DNA of 50,196 bases from positions 1-50,196 of the forward strand of contig JANPFS010000932.1 in assembly GCA_031423535.1 (NCBI GenBank), written 5' to 3'. Both the position numbers and the translations under genes were made by a program. A model generated the notes under the pieces. It was not told the DNA's origin and did no database searches. It saw nothing but the letters and a program-made list of their open reading frames with translations. Positions 36,938-43,916 of the stretch are shown one piece after another. Every line of letters begins with the position of its first letter. Positions within the stretch are counted from its first letter, which is position 1. This DNA comes from Blastocatellia bacterium. GTDB taxonomy: Bacteria; Acidobacteriota; Blastocatellia; RBC074.

Positions 36938-37448
36938 TGGAATAGTCTCCTTTCGTTGCCGATTTCGGTTTGCCCCTGCCTTATATCATAAATATGACTA
37001 GCGGATGTACGCTAAGCAAGCCGAGGACGGGGCAGACGGGAAAACGCCACGCTCTCTGTTTGATTCCCACATCAGAAATCAAATGGCGGAAGTCGAACAG
37101 TTGTGGCAACGGAGGCCGAAATCTCTGGGAAGCATCAGCCTGTCCTTCCTTTCCGGCTAAAGAATGAAAAACAGATGGCGTCGAAACAACCTCAGCCATT
37201 GAGATGCGATGGGCTATGCGTAGCGAAATCCTTTGGTCACTCCAATGCACTACGTTTTTAAGGGAGGGCCGGAAAGGAACCCGATGGCGTTGCGCTAGTC
37301 CTAACAGGCGATTCGGCTGCGACAAAGGGGAGGAATGTGGTGGCAAACCTGCTCTAGCCGTGGGCTTCGCGGTTTGCGACAACCCTTGCTCGGTAGCCCC
37401 ACGCCGTCGTCTCAGGCGGAATGAGAATCGCAGTGTCTTCTCCGCGAA

Positions 37449-37916
37449 TCATTTCTTTGAGGGGCGTCGGTTTGCCAACAGTGCATCCAGATACTGTCCG
37501 CGCGAGCGACTGCTGCGTAGCTCGTCCAACCGCGCCAGCGTCTGGGGAGCCACAAAGGTCGAGAGGGGAACACGTAGTTCTTCGCCGAGCGGTTTGCGAC
37601 CGGCCACGGCACGGACTCCACCACGAGTCGTACGAGGACTTGCTTCTTGATACCTCCGATGGCGGCCACAGCAGGCTGGGAGCAGTGCTGTCAATAATTC
37701 CTTGCGGTTGAGGGAGGCAAAGTCTTGCAACGTGCGACTGCCCAACGCGCCGACAAAATGCCCGTCCACCCACACGTCCCAGCCCTGACATTGACGGGGG
37801 CCGGTGTCTACCAACGCGTGATTGCGGCGCAGCAGAATCTTCCCAGCAGCCGTCTCGACTTCCCAAGCAGGAAAGGCGGGATTGCCAAACGACCAATTGA
37901 CCCGACGCTTCTTCAT
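37449..37916 (-). CDS. Hypothetical protein (~155 aa) with a ribbon-helix-helix-like C-terminus
   Basis: Start MKKRRVNWSF at 37916 within ORF 37449-38060. The C-terminal LRVPLSTFVAPQTLARLDELRSSRSRGQYLDALL has a beta-helix-helix pattern. No clear RBS, and it overlaps alternative-frame ORFs. Confidence 0.35.
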   Translation of the reverse strand: MKKRRVNWSFGNPAFPAWEVETAAGKILLRRNHALVDTGPRQCQGWDVWVDGHFVGALGSRTLQDFASLNRKELLTALLPACCGRHRRYQEASPRTTRGGVRAVAGRKPLGEELRVPLSTFVAPQTLARLDELRSSRSRGQYLDALLANRRPSKK

Positions 37917-38744
37917 TACCACAAGAAATCCCCATTTGATTATCACTGAGCGATTCAAATGGTGCGCTGCACACGCAGCCTTGGTCAATCCGACTACTGA
38001 ATGTGAGTACAGACCTGATCCAACTCGCCATTCAGATCGTTGCTGTAGAAGGGGGGACACCTAGCTGGGCGGCCTAGTGCAAAGTGTTAATTTCCGAAAG
38101 ACTATTCAGATGGCGCAAGTCTCCGCATTAAACCCGTCAAAACCTTACGGCAACCGGCCTTACGCTAAGGAGAGCGGAAAATATTGCTTGCCTCGCCCGA
38201 TCAAGTTGCATAAGCTTACTTGCTTCTTAAATCGGTTTTATCAGTTGGCGCTTTTTTGAATTACTGATGTGGTAATCAAAAGGTACTTCCACGCTAACCC
38301 TTATGATGCAATGCTCGAGTAGAGTTGTTGCGGTGAAAAAAGCCCATAAATCAGTACTGGCAGCTAAAGCGGGCAAGAATGAAAATCGAGCAAAAATCAC
38401 AGATTCCGCCCAAACTCATCAATTTTGCTGCGCGTCACGAGTCTGCTGAAAAAGGCTAAATTGTTGATTCTAAACATCGCAACAAGACTAGCATCTTGCT
38501 GCGGGGCTGAGTGGAACCAGAAGGTGACACTTTTGTCTAAGACTGTCATGACATTTCCCAACCTTATGTATCAAATTCGAGTGATACCATTTTGATGGAT
38601 CAACAGCATAGATGGTAGGCGTGTATGCAGCGTCTTTCGGAGCTACGAGATTGTTTTTCTAAAGGTGCTCGACTCCATTTTTAAGGAGGTCATTTTGCTT
38701 ATCGCCGGGCATTCTTATATCTGGCGAACGGACAATGAAAGCTT

Positions 38745-39161
38745 ATGTCTATTCTTACAGCAAGAACGGAATTGATTCTGAACAATTGGGAGCATCTGCG
38801 CTCCGTAATGGGCGGACAATGGGACAGCTTTTGCCGCGAATTTTTACAGGCGACCACGACATTACAGGCCAATAGTGATCAATCTTCATTGAGCGATGTC
38901 TTATACGCGCTCTCCAAACTTTACAACGAATTCTCGGAGACAAGCGACTTGGCGAGGCAAGCAAAAGCTCAAGATGAAATAATGCTTGTCAAAAGCCCGA
39001 AAGACCCTCTACCAGAAGAGTTGCCGAACTTGCCTTTGATCTGCAATCGCATTCTGGAAAAAAGAGAACAACTGCAAGTTGGAAAAAACGAGCAGGCAAC
39101 TAACACTGAAAGTGGTCAACCTGCGCCTGCACCTTTAGATGTTACTGAGCCTAAAGTATGA
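38745..39161 (+). CDS. Small (138 aa) protein, first gene of the TPR-CHAT cassette (CATASP-like position)
   Basis: The stop overlaps the next start (ATGA at 39158-39161). Helical N-terminal half and a disordered P/E/Q-rich tail. Homology not verifiable here. Confidence 0.55.
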   Translation: MSILTARTELILNNWEHLRSVMGGQWDSFCREFLQATTTLQANSDQSSLSDVLYALSKLYNEFSETSDLARQAKAQDEIMLVKSPKDPLPEELPNLPLICNRILEKREQLQVGKNEQATNTESGQPAPAPLDVTEPKV

Positions 39162-40363
39162 CCACACTATTTGATCTAACGGTGACGCGCTTTGATTTGT
39201 TTTTGCGTTCAGAAGGACGCGAGCCAAAAGCGAGCGAAGAACGCTGTTGGCAGTCATTCTATCCCACGTTGCAAAGGGCCGCCGTGTGGGGGAAATGCGA
39301 TCCGCCTGCTAACTCGCTGCCCCAAGGCGCACAAATTTTTCAACATGATTTTGATGCCTCCAATCGTCGCATTACAGCGGAATCCTGGTTGGACGTGTAT
39401 TGTTTGGAAACGGCTGTTTTGCAAACGGGCGCAAGTCCCTTGATACAAATTCCCAAGCTGGACTGTGCTCCAGAGCAGAAGCTGGATTTTGCTCCAGACC
39501 AGAACTCGCACTACCTTGGTTCCGCGCTTTGTTATTGGGCGGAATATGATGCGCCGTTGAGTCTTGATGAAGCCCGAAAATTGATTACCCCCAGCGCCAA
39601 CCAAAGAACTGTCGCTCTGGATTTTGGCTTTTTGGCGTTTTCCCTGGAGACTGCACAAACACAAAAATTTGTGATGTTCGTTGAACGCAACCAAGACGCA
39701 GGTATGCGCGATGCCAACATTTTTTTGCGATATTGTTTGCCTCGTTTGCTGGCGACCAGATACAAGGGGCAGCGTGTATTTGGGGAATATCAGACCTCTG
39801 CGCCGGAACAACAAAAACACGAAGCCGCATTAGTCGCACAAGCAAATCAAATTGCCGAACAATCAAAAACGCTTGGCGATTTAGAAAAGGACGCTTATCA
39901 AATATCCGGCGCGTTATTGCCGTTGGCGAAAATAATTGGCGCAGGTGAAGAGTACAAAAACACGCTCAGCATCAATGCGCGCAATGCCGAAACGATAGTT
40001 CGACTTCCGCTGTTTGATCGCGCGCGCGCTGAATTGCAAGCGGATTGGGTGGAACCACTTCAGCTTCAGGCCGATCAAATCGGGACGGACTTAACGTACT
40101 TGCAACACACTGTCAAATATATCCAAGAACAACTGACGCTGTACGATAAACAGGCCATCATTATTTCTTCGCAATGGCAACGCCGCCTGACGATTTTGTT
40201 TGGGTTGTTCGTGTTGTTGAGTGTGCCGCAATTATTCCCGGAAATCACCAACTCACAATGGTCTCCCTATTTCGCGTGGCGTTGGCGGTTGCTTTACCTC
40301 GTAATCAGCGGAGTGCTGATGTGGGGCGTCATCTGGTGGCTGGGGAAAAACAAGCAACCATAG
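39158..40363 (+). CDS. 401-aa protein with two C-terminal TM helices, second gene of the TPR-CHAT cassette (CATRA-like position)
   Basis: Translationally coupled to the upstream ORF. Long helical middle region. Hydrophobic helices LTILFGLFVLLSVPQLF and LLYLVISGVLMWGVIWWLG at the C-terminus. Confidence 0.65.
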   Translation: MTTLFDLTVTRFDLFLRSEGREPKASEERCWQSFYPTLQRAAVWGKCDPPANSLPQGAQIFQHDFDASNRRITAESWLDVYCLETAVLQTGASPLIQIPKLDCAPEQKLDFAPDQNSHYLGSALCYWAEYDAPLSLDEARKLITPSANQRTVALDFGFLAFSLETAQTQKFVMFVERNQDAGMRDANIFLRYCLPRLLATRYKGQRVFGEYQTSAPEQQKHEAALVAQANQIAEQSKTLGDLEKDAYQISGALLPLAKIIGAGEEYKNTLSINARNAETIVRLPLFDRARAELQADWVEPLQLQADQIGTDLTYLQHTVKYIQEQLTLYDKQAIIISSQWQRRLTILFGLFVLLSVPQLFPEITNSQWSPYFAWRWRLLYLVISGVLMWGVIWWLGKNKQP

Positions 40364-40448
40364 AATTCAAGCTAGGTCTTTTCTGAGCAGAACCTGTGGT
40401 AGCAGGTGTCAAAATAAAGACCAGCGCTCGCGCACTGAGTGAAGTGAA

Positions 40449-43400
40449 GTGCCAGCGCAACGCAATTCTGGGCTATCTTCTGTTCGCCTGCATTTACGGA
40501 CTGCAAATAACTATATGGCTTCTTTTCATCAATCTATTTTTCTTCGTGTTCGTACCTTCGTAAAAAACACTCTGCATGCATACGTGATAAAGCGAATAAA
40601 CCAGAGTATGCAAAGTGAAAACGCGATGTACTCACCCGCTCAAGTCAACAGATTGCTCAACGCTTCTCCAGCGCAAGAAATCCATAATCTCATTCAAGAG
40701 GGGTTTTCTGACTCGTTGCCTTTGTCAAAATGGGCAGAACTGACACGACAATACTTGGTATTACAAAAACAGGAATACTTAATTGCAGCAATTCAAGCGG
40801 CATCAGGAGAACATCCAACGGGTCTATGGTCAGACCTAAAACGGCGGTCGGCCTCAAAATCGCCCGGTATTGTCAACGTACTCAGATCTCTACTATTTGG
40901 AAGCTTACCGGGGGCAATGGAAACAGCGCCACAACTCATCAAAACGCTGATACAAGCAGGGCGTAAGCAGGATGCCGCAACTTTGATATTGGCCGGGGAT
41001 TTTCACAAAGTCGCGCTGACCGAAAGGTTCAAGAAATTTCCGCTGGAGCGACAAATGGAAATGGCACAATTGGGAATTCAGGCAGCACAACAATCCGCAC
41101 AACTTGCCGCTGCGCTGGGTTATGTGAGTTACACTGCGCATTGTCATCTATGTATGGGGAATGCGTTACAGGAGCAGCATCGCTTTGAGGAAGCAACGCA
41201 CAGCTATGAAGAAGCGTTACAAATTCGACAGCAGTTGGCGCAGCAGCAACCGGATAATTATCTGCCGGATGTGGCGATGACGCTGAACAATTTGGGACTT
41301 GTGTTACGCGAACAGCGGCGGTTTGAGGAAGCAACACGCAGTCTTGAAGAAGCGTTGCAGAGCTATCGGCAATTAGCGCAGCAGCAACCGGATATTTATC
41401 TGCCGGATGTGGCGATGACGTTGGGCAATTTGGGGCTTGTGTTACGGTCGCAGTGGCGGTGGGAGGAAGCAACACGCAGTCTTGAAGAAGCGTTGCAGAT
41501 TCGACGGCAATTAGCGCAGCAGCAACCGGATATTTATATGCCGGGTGTGGCCGCGACGCTGGTTAATTTGGGGACTTCGTTAGGCGAACTGCGGCGGTGG
41601 GAGGAAGCGACACGCAGTCTTGAAGAGGCGTTGCAGATTCGACGGCAATTAGCGCAGCAGCAACCGGATAATTATCTGCCGGATGTAGCGACAACATTGG
41701 GCAATTTGGGGAATTCGTTATTGGTGCAGCAAGGGTTAAAGAAAGTGACGCACAGCTATGAAGAAGCATTGCAGATACAACGGAAATGGGCGCAGCAGCG
41801 GTCTGATATTTATCTGCCGGATGTGGCGATGACGCTGGTTAATTTGGGGAATTCGTTACGCGAACAGCGGCGGTGGGAGGAGGCAACACGCAGTCTTGAA
41901 GAAGCGTTACAGAGCTATCGGCAATTGGCACAGCAGCAACCGGATAATTATCTGCCGGGTGTGGCCGCGACGCTGTACAATTTGGGACTTGTGTTAGTCG
42001 AACAGCGGCGGTTGGGGGAAGCAACACGCAGCTATGAAGAGGCTTTGGAAATAGGGAAACGATTTCCTGCTGGAGAACTCCACTTAAAGCTTTTAAGTTC
42101 ACTCGGAGCGCGGCATTTCGAAGCGAGTAGGATAGAACCGGCGATAGGATATTTAGCGCAGGCTCATGAGTTGATAGAAACATTCAGCTCTGCCGCCGTG
42201 ACACCTGTAAGGCGGCGGCAAATTCGAGATCAGCATTATGAGGCGACGAACCTGTTAGCTCTGTGCCAAACACAACAGTGTGAATACACGCAGGCATTGA
42301 CGATTATCGAGGCTGGCAAAGGGCGCGTGTTGAATGAAATGATGGCAGAAGGATTGTCTTTCGCCGACACCGTGCCAGTAGCGTTACGGGAGCGGTTCTG
42401 GCAGGCACGGCAACATGTATTTGAGTTTCCCGCTTTGCCTGAACGACAGGACGAAGATAACGATCAATGGGGCAAAGTGGTTAATGATTATCGAGTTCGT
42501 CGTTCGGCGGCTGACACGGCATTATTGCAGGTAAGAGACGAACTCCGGCCCTTGGACTCTACATTCAAGGCACTGAGTGAGCCGTTAGATGCGGCGGAAA
42601 TGCAGAACCTTGCCAAACAAACCCATACAATTCTGGCGCAATTCAGCGTTACCAAATATGGCAGCCTGATTTATGTCATCTTCCCTGATGGCTCGCTCGA
42701 AGCCATTCAATTGCCCGATTTCACTTTAGGAAAACTCGAGGCGTTGCTGATTACAATTGAAAATGAAAAAGAGGTTGGCGGATGGTTAGTTGATTATGAT
42801 TCAGCCTTACGATCAAAACAGCTACAAAACTGGTTTCTTACGATGACGATCACGTTGGAGGAAGCACAGGCTGGGTTAATGCAACCATTGCACGACCTGT
42901 TGCAAAAACGCCATATTGCCACCGGATCACATCTCGTATTTGTGCCGACACGCGGTTTGTCATTGTTGCCGTTACATGCTTGTTGGTGGGAAGAAGCAGG
43001 GCGGCGGAAATATTGGTTGGATGAATACGTAATTAGCTACGCGCCCAGCCTGAGTATCCTACAACGTTGTCAGGCGCGGAGAGCCGAACGCCAAAGCGAT
43101 GACCGATTATTTGGCGCAGCGAATCCGAGGCGAGATTTGTTGTATACCGAACTGGAGTGCGCGGAAATCGAACAATTATTTGGTCACGAGAATGCCTTGC
43201 TCTGGCATGAAGCTGCCACAAAAGAGGCCGTGTTGCAGGGAATAAAACAGGCGTCCACTTTGCATTTTTCGTGCCATGGCAATTTTCAGTTAAATGATCC
43301 TCTGGCTTCGGCGCTGCAAATGTCGGATGGCGAATTAACAATGCGCGACATAATGCAACAAGGGCGATTGAGCCATAACGATCTGACGGTATTATCCGCC

Positions 43401-43799
43401 TGTGAGACCGCGCAAAGCGATTACCGTGAACTTGCCGACAACCATTTTACACTCGCCAGCGCGTTTCTGTGTATTGGCGCTCCTACGGTGTGGGCGACAT
43501 TGTGGGCGGTCAATGATTTGTCCAGTTCACTTTTGCTGATTGAGGCGATGCAACGAATGCGCCAAAACAACCTAAGCAAAGCTGAAGCCTTGCGCGGGGC
43601 GCAATTATGGTTACGCGATGCAACGAACTCAGAGTTATCAAAAATAGTCGAAGAGAAGCTCAACGCGCTTGGATTGAGCGCAGATAAGAATTTGAGAAGA
43701 GCGTTGCAAGAATTAAGCGGTCGCCTTAATCCCAAATCAGACGAGCGCCCATTTTTACATCCCTATTATTGGGCCGGTTTTCAATCGGTCGGAGCGTAA
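40449..43799 (+). CDS. TPR-repeat CHAT-domain (caspase-fold) protease, up to 1116 aa
   Basis: About 6.5 copies of a 46-aa TPR-like repeat (EEATRSLEEALQIRRQLAQQQPDIYLPDVAMTLGNLG). The C-terminal CHAT domain carries His in LHFSCHGNF, Cys in LTVLSACETAQ, and a terminal HPYYWAGFQSVGA. The start codon is uncertain (GTG 40449, ATG 40515, 40608 or 40626). Confidence 0.9.
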   Translation: MPAQRNSGLSSVRLHLRTANNYMASFHQSIFLRVRTFVKNTLHAYVIKRINQSMQSENAMYSPAQVNRLLNASPAQEIHNLIQEGFSDSLPLSKWAELTRQYLVLQKQEYLIAAIQAASGEHPTGLWSDLKRRSASKSPGIVNVLRSLLFGSLPGAMETAPQLIKTLIQAGRKQDAATLILAGDFHKVALTERFKKFPLERQMEMAQLGIQAAQQSAQLAAALGYVSYTAHCHLCMGNALQEQHRFEEATHSYEEALQIRQQLAQQQPDNYLPDVAMTLNNLGLVLREQRRFEEATRSLEEALQSYRQLAQQQPDIYLPDVAMTLGNLGLVLRSQWRWEEATRSLEEALQIRRQLAQQQPDIYMPGVAATLVNLGTSLGELRRWEEATRSLEEALQIRRQLAQQQPDNYLPDVATTLGNLGNSLLVQQGLKKVTHSYEEALQIQRKWAQQRSDIYLPDVAMTLVNLGNSLREQRRWEEATRSLEEALQSYRQLAQQQPDNYLPGVAATLYNLGLVLVEQRRLGEATRSYEEALEIGKRFPAGELHLKLLSSLGARHFEASRIEPAIGYLAQAHELIETFSSAAVTPVRRRQIRDQHYEATNLLALCQTQQCEYTQALTIIEAGKGRVLNEMMAEGLSFADTVPVALRERFWQARQHVFEFPALPERQDEDNDQWGKVVNDYRVRRSAADTALLQVRDELRPLDSTFKALSEPLDAAEMQNLAKQTHTILAQFSVTKYGSLIYVIFPDGSLEAIQLPDFTLGKLEALLITIENEKEVGGWLVDYDSALRSKQLQNWFLTMTITLEEAQAGLMQPLHDLLQKRHIATGSHLVFVPTRGLSLLPLHACWWEEAGRRKYWLDEYVISYAPSLSILQRCQARRAERQSDDRLFGAANPRRDLLYTELECAEIEQLFGHENALLWHEAATKEAVLQGIKQASTLHFSCHGNFQLNDPLASALQMSDGELTMRDIMQQGRLSHNDLTVLSACETAQSDYRELADNHFTLASAFLCIGAPTVWATLWAVNDLSSSLLLIEAMQRMRQNNLSKAEALRGAQLWLRDATNSELSKIVEEKLNALGLSADKNLRRALQELSGRLNPKSDERPFLHPYYWAGFQSVGA
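41176..42060 (+). repeat. Intragenic tandem repeat, 138-nt period, ~6.4 units (TPR units of the CHAT protein)
   Basis: The TTTGAGG/GTGGGAGG phase marker recurs at 41184, 41322, 41460, 41598, 41736, 41874 and 42012. Units are highly similar at the nucleotide level. Confidence 0.9.
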
Positions 43800-43916
43800 A
43801 GCGAGTTGAGTTTCTTTCACAAGATGCAATGGTTGCGCTCAACCGAGGTTCCTCTTGTCACACATAAAATCAGTTGTGCAACGCAATCAGAGCAGCCTCC
43901 TGAGCATGGGTCAGGC

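Noticed and set aside
37354-38031. 225-aa minus-strand ORF overlapping the RHH-like ORF in another frame
   Set aside because: It is Ser/Arg/Gly/Cys-rich and low complexity. It overlaps a somewhat better candidate and has no start context.
41029-42183. Three similar minus-strand ORFs (148, 68 and 114 aa)
   Set aside because: They are artefacts of the 138-nt tandem repeat in the CHAT gene. Their similarity simply reflects the repeat.
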